A stretch of 62,544 bases of DNA, taken from Pseudomonadota bacterium (GTDB taxonomy: Bacteria; Myxococcota_A; Polyangia; Polyangiales; DASUME01). The notes beneath the pieces were generated by a model that had not been told where the DNA came from, ran no database searches, and worked only from the letters and a program-made list of their open reading frames with translations. The stretch is taken from positions 1-62,544 of the forward strand of contig JBEGTL010000001.1 of the NCBI GenBank assembly GCA_041179425.1, read 5' to 3'. Shown here in pieces: positions 41,655-50,307 of the stretch; within the stretch, counting starts at the first letter, position 1, and the number at the start of each line of letters is the position of its first letter. Position numbers and translations under genes: made by a program.

Positions 41655-43952
41655 CTAGGCGTCTGCCAGTGCGTCCGGCATCGCCTTTTGTTCCTGCGGA
41701 TAAAAGCCCTCGATGCTGAACTCGCCGTTGGGCAGGTGCACCGGACGCGGGCAGAACTCTTCGCCGGGCGGGATGATCTCGGCCAGCAGCGGGTAGTACT
41801 CGAAGATGCCAGGCCCGTCGTAGGCGTGACAACGTTTGCCCATCTCCGACCAACGGAAGGCGCACACGTGCATCATCATCAGGTCGTAGCGCAAGAGACC
41901 GAGCGTCCAGAGCTGTGTCTGGTCCGTCGTCTGGGCGGCGCGTGCGGCCGCGGTCTGTGGGCTCTGTAGCTGGGCGAGGTACGCCTGTCGGCCGTCGATG
42001 ACCGTCTCGTGCAAAAACATGTGGTAGCGCCACGTGCTCTTGAGCTCGACCTTGGGCAGCGCGCTGCCGATGTGGTGCTGCTCGGTGCACAGGCGCATCA
42101 GCCAGGCGTAGCGCTCGAGCAGTCGCTCGAAGCGGGCGAGCTGCGCGATGCCGTAGCGTGCGAGCAGCGCCGAAGCGCGCTCGTGGATGTGCGCCCAGTC
42201 GCCCCGATCGCGCTGTAGCTCGGGCACGAGCTCGGCCCAGAACGTAGCTACGTCGGCGGTGGTCAGGTCGCTCTCGACGAGCACCGCCTCGTCAGGGGGG
42301 AGGCCGGCTGCGTACGCTTGTCCGATGCGCGTGAGCGCGCGTGAGCGACGCCGGTAGTCGACGAGATCGGGATGGAACGACTCGGGCTCGGGCAACGTCA
42401 GCGCGTACGGCCAGCTCTCGAGCTCGCGCGGCGGCATCAGCTGGCCGAGCCGACGGATGTGCCACCACTGGCCCGTCTTTTTGCGCGTACTCAGCGAGGT
42501 GGGCGTCATCAGGATGGAGCTGACGCGCACCAGCTTGGGCGGCGCGTCGGGGAACGGATTGGCGCCGAGCGCCTTGGTGATCACCGAGTCGCCTTCGAGC
42601 AAACGCTGCGCGACGCGATCGAGCCAGCTCGAGTGCGCGTACGACGAGTAAGGTGTGCCGTCGCTGATGATGGAGCCAAAGAAGCTGCCGTCCTGGATGC
42701 CTGCGGCCGCGTAGTACAGCGCCTGGTCGAGGCGCGGGTGGTGCGGCGCGACGAACGGTGCGCGCTGATCGGGGCGCGTCGGCATGTAGCGATAGCCGTA
42801 GGCGTGCCACGTCACGCCGTCGCGACTTCCCTCGAACACCGGCACCATGCGGGTGGGCGCCTGCGCGTAGGGCGGAAAGACGCCGTATGCGTTGGCGATC
42901 CGAAATGGCGCAAACGCCTTGAAGAACGGCAGCACCTTCTTGACCCACGGCTGGTTCCACGAGCCGTCGTCCCAGGGCCAGTGCACCCACGTGCGCGACA
43001 CCCAGGAGTTGAAGGCAAAGGCGGCGAGCGTGAGGACGAACAGCCCCGCGAGTGCGCCGTTGAGGAGCAGGCTGTGGGGGGTGAGTGCCTGGCTGGCCCA
43101 GGGCTCGGCGAAGACGTCGAAGATGGACGACTGGGTGTCGAGCAGGCAGGTCGCGAGCAGCACGTAGCCGATGTTGAAGTAGCCCCAGTTGCCCGTGAGC
43201 TGGATGCCGACCATCAGCATGGTGAGCGACACGAACGACACCACACGCAGTGGGCCCGAGAAGAAGCCGAGCATGGGAGCCACGACCTCCCCGAAAAACA
43301 TGAAGGCGAGGCTAGCCTTGTGCAGCCAGCCAGGTGCGTGGTGTGCGAACCAGGCGAGCGGCGACGGTAGCGGTGCCCACACAAAGAAGCCCTGCAGGTA
43401 GAGCGAGTCTTGTTTGGTGGTGCCGATGAACTTGACCTTCCCGAAGCCGATCATCAGGCGCAGGACGAACCAACGAAACATGAAGGCCACGGCGGGCAGG
43501 GGCAGGGCACTGGTGTGCAGCTCGGGGAGCGTGCCGACCAGAGGCAAAAACAGCACCAAAAAGCCGGCCTCTTGCAGCATCGTGTCCCACGGAAAGATCA
43601 ATCCCGCAGGCTCGAACGAGAGCCAGATCAGCCACGCGACAAAAAGTGCGAGGTAGCCAAGTGGTCCGCCGTACACGGCCGCGACGCCGCACAGCACACC
43701 GAGGATGGCCGCGCCGTGCAGCACCCGGTCGCTCGCGTGGAGCCAGAACAGGTTGGGGTACTCGAAGAAGCGGCGCAGCCCGGGGTAGTCGCGGTGGATT
43801 CGCGCGAGCTTGGTGGCGAGCGGCGACAAGCCCCGAGAGCCGACGGTGACGTCGATTTGGCTGACGATTGCGCCAAACGCCAACACGTACAGAACCCCCA
43901 CGAAACGTGGAATCAGCCCCCAGACGAGCTCAGGCGTAATGCCATTGGGCAT
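41655..43952 (-). CDS. lipase maturation factor (LMF1/DUF1222) family membrane protein with an ~280-aa C-terminal extension (paralogue 1)
   Basis: NAYGVFPPYAQAPTRMVPVFEGSRDGVTWHAYGYRYMPTRPDQRAPFVAPHHPRLDQALYYAA parallels the human LMF1 core (GYGLF...VVLEGS.DG..W...PHQPRLDWQMWFAA). The N-terminal half is polytopic. Confidence 0.8.
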   Translation of the reverse strand: MPNGITPELVWGLIPRFVGVLYVLAFGAIVSQIDVTVGSRGLSPLATKLARIHRDYPGLRRFFEYPNLFWLHASDRVLHGAAILGVLCGVAAVYGGPLGYLALFVAWLIWLSFEPAGLIFPWDTMLQEAGFLVLFLPLVGTLPELHTSALPLPAVAFMFRWFVLRLMIGFGKVKFIGTTKQDSLYLQGFFVWAPLPSPLAWFAHHAPGWLHKASLAFMFFGEVVAPMLGFFSGPLRVVSFVSLTMLMVGIQLTGNWGYFNIGYVLLATCLLDTQSSIFDVFAEPWASQALTPHSLLLNGALAGLFVLTLAAFAFNSWVSRTWVHWPWDDGSWNQPWVKKVLPFFKAFAPFRIANAYGVFPPYAQAPTRMVPVFEGSRDGVTWHAYGYRYMPTRPDQRAPFVAPHHPRLDQALYYAAAGIQDGSFFGSIISDGTPYSSYAHSSWLDRVAQRLLEGDSVITKALGANPFPDAPPKLVRVSSILMTPTSLSTRKKTGQWWHIRRLGQLMPPRELESWPYALTLPEPESFHPDLVDYRRRSRALTRIGQAYAAGLPPDEAVLVESDLTTADVATFWAELVPELQRDRGDWAHIHERASALLARYGIAQLARFERLLERYAWLMRLCTEQHHIGSALPKVELKSTWRYHMFLHETVIDGRQAYLAQLQSPQTAAARAAQTTDQTQLWTLGLLRYDLMMMHVCAFRWSEMGKRCHAYDGPGIFEYYPLLAEIIPPGEEFCPRPVHLPNGEFSIEGFYPQEQKAMPDALADA

Positions 43953-44289
43953 ATGGTGTTTCCCTCAGGAGGTCAGAAGCCTCGATCGCTAACACGGGAG
44001 GCCACGGTAGAGCACTGCAATGAGACTCCGGTGCGGCTTGGTCCCGACAATCGAGCGCTGCGATCGATGCAAAAGTGAACTGTTGCTGCTGCACGCCGAC
44101 GCCTCGCCCAAACCCCGCCATTGTGCGATCTGACTGACGCGTTCGCGATTGCGCCAGAGGCGCCGACGAGCATTGAGCCGGGTGCGCTGCGCGTGTAGGG
44201 TCGGGGCTCGGTAGACACGGAAACGAGTGTGGACCTGACCACGGTGGAGACCGACTCTCCGCCGGACTTGTCGCGACGAGAGGATCGGG

Positions 44290-46605
44290 ATGTTGGAGAC
44301 GTTGACGGCTGAGCTGGTATGGGGCCTGGTCCCACGGTTCGTCGGAGTGATCTACCTGCTCGCGTTCGGAGCGTTGATCCCGCAGCACGAGATCATGCCG
44401 GGGGCACGCCGCCTGGCCCCGCTCGGGCTCTTGCGCGCGCGCATTCGCCGCGACTTCCCCGGGCTACGGCGCTACTTCGAGTTCCCCACCGTGCTGTGGA
44501 TCGACGACAGCGAGTTCACACAAAAGGCGCTGCTCTGGGCGGGCGCCCTGTGTGGTGCATGCGCCGTGTACGGCGGGCCCTACGCCTTCTACGCGCTGCT
44601 AGTCGGGTGGATCATCTGGCTCTCCGTCGAGCCGCGCGGACTCATCTTCCCGTGGGACACCATGCTGCAGGAAGTGGGCTTTTTGGTGCTGTTTCTGCCC
44701 GCGGGCGAGACACTGCCCAGCCTGCTGGCGACGGCGCTGCCGCTGCCCTCGGTGGCCTTCGTGTTCCGCTGGTTCGTGCTGCGTTTGGTGCTGGGTTTCG
44801 GCAAGGACAAGTTTGTCGGCACCACCAAACAAGACCTGCTGTACCTGCGCGGCTTCTTTGTGTGGATGCCGCTGCCCACGCCGCTGGGTTGGTACGCTCA
44901 TCACGCGCCCGCTTGGTTCTTGCGGGCCAGCCTCGGCTTCATGTTCTTCGCCGAGATCATCGCGCCCGTGCTTGGGCTGTTTTCGGGCCCGCTGCGGGTC
45001 GTCTCGTTCGTCACGCTGGTCGGGCTGATGGCCGGCATTCATGCAACTGGCAACTGGGGGTTCTTTAACCTCGGCTTCGTCATGCTCAGCGTGTGTCTGC
45101 TCGACACCAAGTCTTCCATCTTCGACCTGCAGCTCGAGCCGTGGGCCAGCCGGCTCACCACCTTCCCGGACGTGGCGATCCATTCGACGATGGCCGGCTT
45201 GTTCTTGGTGAGCCTGCTCTACGTGTTCAACAACTCGTGGTTCATGCGCACCTGGCTGCACTGGCCGGCCGACATGTTCCCGCTCCCACACAAGTGGGTC
45301 CCGTGGGTCGCGCGCTTCAACGCGGCGCTCGAGCCGCTGCGCTGGCTCGCTCCGTTCCGCGTGGTCAACGGCTACGGCGTGTTTCCCCCGCACTCCATGC
45401 CCCCGATGCGCCTCCTGCCCGTGCTCGAGGGCAGCGACGATGGCGTCACCTGGAAGCAGTACGGGTACAGACACATCCCCAGCTTCGCGCACTCGCGGCC
45501 GCCGTTCATCGCGCCCTACCACGCGCGGCTCGATCAGATCACGTACTACATGACCATGGGCATCGACAGTGGCAGCCTGTTCGGCTCGCTGTTTCCGCTC
45601 GCCAATCCGTACACCATCAACGCGCGCGTGATCATGTTCGACCTGCTCGCGCAGCGTGTGCTCTCGGGCGACCCGCACCTGCTTCGCCAGCTCGGCCACA
45701 ACCCCTTTCCCGAGGCGCCGCCGACGCTCGTCCGGGTCGGCATGATCGGGATGACGCCCACGCGGCCGAGCGAGCTGCGCGCGACCGGGGAGTGGTGGCA
45801 CGTGCGGCGCCTGGGCACGCTGGTGCCGGCGCGCGGCGTGACGACCTGGCTCAACGAGCTGCTGATTCCGGAGCCCGAGCTGTTCCATCCCGATCTCGTG
45901 CGCTGGCGTGATCGCGCCGCGCCGCTGCGCGCAATCGTGGCCGCGCACGCAGCGGGTCAGCACCCCGACCAGGCCGTGTTGGCCGGCAGCGACCTCACTC
46001 TGGCCGACGTCGAGTGCCTGTGGAACGAGCTCGTGCCCATGCTGGCCGAGGCACGCGGCGACTGGACGCGCATGCACGAGCGCGAAGACGCGGTCACGGC
46101 GCGTTTTGGTCCCGTCGCGCTGTATCGTCTCGAGCGCGTGTTCGAGCGCTACGTGTGGTTGTTGCGCAAGCAGACCGGGCGCCATCGTTTTGGCCTCACA
46201 GAGCCGTCGCTGCCGGTGCAGAGCAACTTCCGCTACCACATGCTCATGCACGAGATCGTGCTCGACGGGCGCGCTGCCTACCACGCCGTGATGGCCGACC
46301 CCGCGCGCGTGGTCGAGCGTGTCGAGCGCTCCACCGATGCGACGCAGCTGTGGGCGCTCACGCTGTTCCGCTACGACCAGGTGATGCTGCACGTCAGCAC
46401 ATTCCGCTGCTCGCAGATGGGTCTGCAGAGCAAGATGCACGGGCTGCCGAGCTTCTTCGAGTACTACGACCTGCTCGTGGAGCAGGTGCCGCGCGGCGAA
46501 GAGTTCTGCCCCAAGTTCGTGCTGCACGAAGACGGCGAGCACACCATCGAGGGCTTCTACCCGCCGCCTCCGCTGCTCACGAGCACCCGCGCGCAAGAGG
46601 GCTGA
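44290..46605 (+). CDS. lipase maturation factor (LMF1/DUF1222) family membrane protein with C-terminal extension (paralogue 2)
   Basis: Collinear with 41655..43952 over the full length, for example LIFPWDTMLQEVGFLVLFLP, NGYGVFPPHSMPPMRLLPVLEGSDDGVTWKQYGY and the tail EEFCPKFVLHEDGEHTIEGFYP. Confidence 0.8.
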   Translation: MLETLTAELVWGLVPRFVGVIYLLAFGALIPQHEIMPGARRLAPLGLLRARIRRDFPGLRRYFEFPTVLWIDDSEFTQKALLWAGALCGACAVYGGPYAFYALLVGWIIWLSVEPRGLIFPWDTMLQEVGFLVLFLPAGETLPSLLATALPLPSVAFVFRWFVLRLVLGFGKDKFVGTTKQDLLYLRGFFVWMPLPTPLGWYAHHAPAWFLRASLGFMFFAEIIAPVLGLFSGPLRVVSFVTLVGLMAGIHATGNWGFFNLGFVMLSVCLLDTKSSIFDLQLEPWASRLTTFPDVAIHSTMAGLFLVSLLYVFNNSWFMRTWLHWPADMFPLPHKWVPWVARFNAALEPLRWLAPFRVVNGYGVFPPHSMPPMRLLPVLEGSDDGVTWKQYGYRHIPSFAHSRPPFIAPYHARLDQITYYMTMGIDSGSLFGSLFPLANPYTINARVIMFDLLAQRVLSGDPHLLRQLGHNPFPEAPPTLVRVGMIGMTPTRPSELRATGEWWHVRRLGTLVPARGVTTWLNELLIPEPELFHPDLVRWRDRAAPLRAIVAAHAAGQHPDQAVLAGSDLTLADVECLWNELVPMLAEARGDWTRMHEREDAVTARFGPVALYRLERVFERYVWLLRKQTGRHRFGLTEPSLPVQSNFRYHMLMHEIVLDGRAAYHAVMADPARVVERVERSTDATQLWALTLFRYDQVMLHVSTFRCSQMGLQSKMHGLPSFFEYYDLLVEQVPRGEEFCPKFVLHEDGEHTIEGFYPPPPLLTSTRAQEG

Positions 46606-46760
46606 AGTCTGGGACGACCTAGCCCACCATGAAACAGTGACGGATGGAGTCGGAGCCGTGGTGCGAGGCGCCGCCGGTTCTGAGGAGCCCCCGGAGCGGA
46701 CTTCCTGTCCGTGAGGAGGCACCGCAGGAAGCGGTGGCGGATCGCGCCGCGGATCCGGCT

Positions 46761-47723
46761 CTAGCCGTTACTGTTTCGAGCCAGCATGTGGCGGTAGGCG
46801 TTGATCTGGTGGACTACGCGGCCACCGTTGCTCAGCGCCGAAGCGGGTAGGGCGCGCTCGAGCAGCGTGGTGTGCTGAATGAACGTGGACCCGTACTGAA
46901 TCATCGCGCTCGGCTCGGCGAGAAAGCGCGTGAACACGGGTGCCGCGCGCCTGACCTGCGTGCGGAACGTGCTCTGTGGCTTCATACGCCGACGAATCGC
47001 GGCCTTGACCTGCTCGGAGATGTCGCTGTCGTTCTCCCAGCGTAGACCGTGCCCAGCGTCGGCCTTGCAGCGCTCGAGCTCTTGTTTGCGCTCGTCGGTG
47101 ACGAAGTCGACCCAGGAGAAGTGTCCGCCCGGCTTGAGCACGCGGCCCACCTCTTTGAAGAACGCGCCGAGGTTGGGGTAGTTGTGCGAGCTCTCCACGT
47201 TGAGGACGACGTCGAACTCAGCGTCGCCGAACGGTAGGTTCTCCGCGTCGCCGTGGACGTAGTGCAGCACCTCGGGGCGCGAGAAACGCGCGTTGGCGCG
47301 AGCGACCGCGAGGCGCGCGAGATCGACGCCCACGAACGTGCTCTGACGCTCGTTGCGCGAGAGGAAGTTGAGCCCGGCGCCGGCGCCGCTGCCGACCTCG
47401 AGGATCTTGCGCGGCGTGCCTTCGACCGAGGGCACCTGGTGCAGCGTGAAGTAGTACAGCTGCTCGGAGTAGCCGTCCGAGCCATGGCGATCGTACTCGC
47501 CGAGTTTCTGCTCGATCTGGTGGTGTGCTCGCTCGTCGAACAGGCCCCAGTTCCAGAACGGAAGCGCAAAGTCGTCGGCCCAGTCGTCGTACGAGGCGCT
47601 GACCTGCTTTTTGATCGACTCTTGTTCGCTGTTGGTCAGGCTCTGACTCTGACCGCTGATCATGAGTCGTGCGAGAGCGTTCCCGTAGTCGCTCCAGGTC
47701 TTGTGCTCTCTGCGCAGGTTCAT
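46761..47723 (-). CDS. class I SAM-dependent (O-)methyltransferase, similar to the mycobacterial phthiotriol/phenolphthiotriol dimycocerosate methyltransferase family
   Basis: ATG at 47723 is preceded by AAGGAG. Contains ILEVGSGAGAGLNFL, GDAENLPFGDAEFDVVLNVESSHNYP and VLKPGGHF. The rest of the 859-aa ORF-track entry is non-coding overlap. Confidence 0.85.
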   Translation of the reverse strand: MNLRREHKTWSDYGNALARLMISGQSQSLTNSEQESIKKQVSASYDDWADDFALPFWNWGLFDERAHHQIEQKLGEYDRHGSDGYSEQLYYFTLHQVPSVEGTPRKILEVGSGAGAGLNFLSRNERQSTFVGVDLARLAVARANARFSRPEVLHYVHGDAENLPFGDAEFDVVLNVESSHNYPNLGAFFKEVGRVLKPGGHFSWVDFVTDERKQELERCKADAGHGLRWENDSDISEQVKAAIRRRMKPQSTFRTQVRRAAPVFTRFLAEPSAMIQYGSTFIQHTTLLERALPASALSNGGRVVHQINAYRHMLARNSNG

Positions 47724-47773
47724 TCCAAATCTCCTTTGCTGTATCGGTTGGGCATGGTCGGGTCCGGAGCTAC

Positions 47774-49231
47774 TCACCGCGCGACGAGCCGAAGGCCCAC
47801 GCTGCCTGAGACGCAGCCGAGAGGTCTGTACACATGCGACGCTTCGTACTCTTTTTGCAGAAAGAACGAGCAGCGCGTGAGGAGGGTGTGAAAAAACACC
47901 TTGGCTTGTAGCGTCGCGAGCTGCATGCCGATGCACACGTGCGCGCCGCCCCCAAACGGACTGAAGATGGCGGGGTGCCGCTTGTGCTCCGCGCGCTCGG
48001 GCGAAAAACGCTCGGGGTCGAAGGTCAGCGGCTGGGTCCACCAATCTGGATGGCGACCCAGGCAGCCCGCCATGGCGCCGACCAGCGTGCCGGCGAGCAG
48101 CTTGTGGCCCCCGATCTCGACGTCGCACAGCGCGCGGCGCGGAAGGAAGTCGGTGATGGGCATGAGTCGTAGCGACTCTTTCCACACCCACTCGAGCTGA
48201 TCGAGCTTCGAGAGCCCCTTGGCGTCGAGCGCGCGCGCTCCCACTTGGTCGGCCTTTTCGCGCAGGCGCCGCTGCCACGGGATGTGTTTGGCGAGCAGGT
48301 AGGCCATGCTGGTGATGCCGAGCGACGTGGAGTCGTGCGCCCCGAGCATCATCGTCAGAAACACGCGCACCAGCGCATGGTCGGTCAGCTCGCCGGCGAC
48401 TCCGGTCAGTTGACAAAGCTGACTGAACAGGTCGTTGCCTGGGGAGGCGCGGCGGGCAGGCGCGAGCGCGACGAAGTAGTCCGTGAGGTAGCCGTACGCG
48501 CGCTTGGCGCGGGAGAGCCAGGGGTTGAGGGCCTGCCTGCGCACGAGCGCCTGGGCGCCCGACGAGGTGTGCCGCAAGGCGTCGTCGATGCGGGCCAGGT
48601 CTTCTGGATCTTCGATGCCCGTCAGCAAGCGGTTGGAGATCGCAGGAAACAACGCCTGCATGGCGGGCTTGAGGTGCACGCCGCCATCGGTGATCCAGCC
48701 TGCGATGGCACGGTCGACCTGCGGACGAGCGATCTCCAGGTAGCCGCGGATGGCGCTCGCGGAGAAGGCAGGCTGCATCAGCCGACGCACCACGCTGTGA
48801 TCTGCGAAGTCGAGTGTCAGCAGGGAGCCGGGGTTGCCACCCTCTGCGTTGAGCCCGTCGAAGAACAGGTACTCCCACGCCATCGCGGTGGACCAGACGC
48901 TCTGCTCGTTGCGCAGGATCTTCTGGACCTCGTCGGCCGCGCACACAGCCACCATGGGCTGGGTCATGTACATCGAGCGATAGAGCTCGCCGTGGCGCTG
49001 CTGCATACGCTCGGCATGGGCGACGCCTGAACGGAAGGCGCCGTACATGGACTTGAGAGACGCGCTCACACCGACTTGGCCGGGAAGGCTCGTGGGGGGC
49101 AAGACGGGCCCAGGCACGCCCACGGGCGCTTCTGCACGTCCGATGCTGGCGAGAATGGCGCGGGCCGCTTGCGGTGCTGAACTCGAAGCGGCATTTGATC
49201 GGGATGCGTCTAGTGACGCGGTTTCGGACAT
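47774..49231 (-). CDS. cytochrome P450
   Basis: Cys-ligand loop FSPFGGGAHVCIGMQLA, ExxR (ESLR) and I-helix MLGAHDSTS. The ATG at 49231 is preceded by AGGAG. Confidence 0.9.
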   Translation of the reverse strand: MSETASLDASRSNAASSSAPQAARAILASIGRAEAPVGVPGPVLPPTSLPGQVGVSASLKSMYGAFRSGVAHAERMQQRHGELYRSMYMTQPMVAVCAADEVQKILRNEQSVWSTAMAWEYLFFDGLNAEGGNPGSLLTLDFADHSVVRRLMQPAFSASAIRGYLEIARPQVDRAIAGWITDGGVHLKPAMQALFPAISNRLLTGIEDPEDLARIDDALRHTSSGAQALVRRQALNPWLSRAKRAYGYLTDYFVALAPARRASPGNDLFSQLCQLTGVAGELTDHALVRVFLTMMLGAHDSTSLGITSMAYLLAKHIPWQRRLREKADQVGARALDAKGLSKLDQLEWVWKESLRLMPITDFLPRRALCDVEIGGHKLLAGTLVGAMAGCLGRHPDWWTQPLTFDPERFSPERAEHKRHPAIFSPFGGGAHVCIGMQLATLQAKVFFHTLLTRCSFFLQKEYEASHVYRPLGCVSGSVGLRLVAR

Positions 49232-49428
49232 CGTCGCTCCTCGGGTGCCTGCGCGCTCGCGCACCCGCAGCGCGACTGTTGCCTGCAAGTTGGCCTGCCG
49301 AAAAGTCTCTTCTGTCGTATGCGGCGAGATTCGCACGCACCCGAGCGCAAATGGTGGCCCTGAGCTCAGACTACCGACGACGCGGTCCGAAAACTGCGTT
49401 GCCACTATCACTGCGCCCTGCCGTCGAA

Positions 49429-49541
49429 GCGCGCGGTCTTCCGCGCGCGAGCGAAGAGCCGACGGCGCGCGGTCTTCCGCGCGCGAGCGAAGTGCCGACG
49501 GCGCGCGGTCTTCCGCGCGCGAGCGAAGAGCCGACGGCGCG
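49429..49541. repeat. 36-bp tandem repeat, 3 full copies plus a partial one, each containing an 8-bp-stem hairpin
   Basis: GCGCGCGGTCTTCCGCGCGCGAGCGAAG(A/T)GCCGACG at 49429, 49465 and 49501. The stem is GCGCGCGG/CCGCGCGC with loop TCTT. It lies in the spacer between the SRPBCC stop and the P450 start. Confidence 0.85.
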
Positions 49542-50069
49542 CTACGACCGATGCGGTAGACCACTCGCGGCCACGCCGTGCGTTCGAATCCAACGGTTGA
49601 GGAAATCGGCCGCGCGATTGTGTGCGTCTCGCTGGGTCCGCTCGAGAAACTTCTCGATGAGTCCGCCCACGCCGTAGACCTTGACGGTATTCTCGACTAC
49701 GGTCACGCGCTCACAGCGTGTTCCGTCACCCAGCGGACGCGTGCTGATCTCGAACGTCGTGCCGAACTTGTCGGCATTCTGTTTGGGCACGCAGCGCGCG
49801 CTGTACTGCTTCCGCACGCTGTCGTAGTCCCCAAACTCGCTGTACGAGCCATCGCCCACGAACTTCTTGGCGAAGCTCGGCAGCTCGACCTGGGCGGTGT
49901 AGTCGATGCGCCAGCGGGTGCCGACGTCGCTGACCTGCTCTTCGACGACCTCGTAGCTGCCGGGACTGCCGAGGTCCTGCCACATGGCCAGTGCCACATT
50001 CTGGTCCAAAAACAGCTTCCAGAAGCTGTCGACGTCCGTTTCGATGGTGTGACGTACCGTGTAGCCCAA
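49542..50069 (-). CDS. SRPBCC-superfamily (DUF2505 / polyketide-cyclase-like) protein
   Basis: 175 aa. The MGYTVRHTIETDVDSFWKLFLD... pattern is typical of DUF2505. Coding composition is clean. Confidence 0.7.
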   Translation of the reverse strand: MGYTVRHTIETDVDSFWKLFLDQNVALAMWQDLGSPGSYEVVEEQVSDVGTRWRIDYTAQVELPSFAKKFVGDGSYSEFGDYDSVRKQYSARCVPKQNADKFGTTFEISTRPLGDGTRCERVTVVENTVKVYGVGGLIEKFLERTQRDAHNRAADFLNRWIRTHGVAASGLPHRS

Positions 50070-50307
50070 GGCCCGACCTCCCGCTGTGGCTCTGCCTTAG
50101 CTCGCGAGCGAGCCGCGGTCACCTGTCCAGGCGCAGCACGGTTCCGTGGTGCAGAGCTCGAAAGATCCGTTTTTCGACAGTCTCCTACCTCGGGCGCCGT
50201 CCCCACGAACGGAGGACGCTGAAGCTCCAACACGGGACGATTCGGTCCCACCCGGGACAATCACGGACCCTCGTCAGCGCACCGTTTTTGAGCGGCCCCG
50301 GTAGATT

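Noticed and set aside
44599-46722. 707-aa ORF on the - strand
   Set aside because: It is antisense to LMF1 paralogue 2. Its composition is Arg/His/Gln-rich junk, whereas the + strand frame has clear family motifs.
49429-49541. Possibility that the 36-bp repeats are a CRISPR array
   Set aside because: The units are directly adjacent with no unique spacers. There are only 3 copies, and no cas genes are nearby.
47774-49564. N-terminal extensions of the P450 ORF (to 49564) and of the methyltransferase ORF (46761..49340)
   Set aside because: The extensions are Arg/Ala/Ser-rich and overlap neighbouring genes or the tandem repeat. Both genes have internal ATGs with good Shine-Dalgarno sequences (AGGAG and AAGGAG) at the points where family similarity begins.
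49575-49600. GTTCGAATCC, which resembles a tRNA T-loop
   Set aside because: The flanking bases cannot form the T-stem, and no acceptor or anticodon arms can be built. The site lies inside the well-supported SRPBCC coding sequence.
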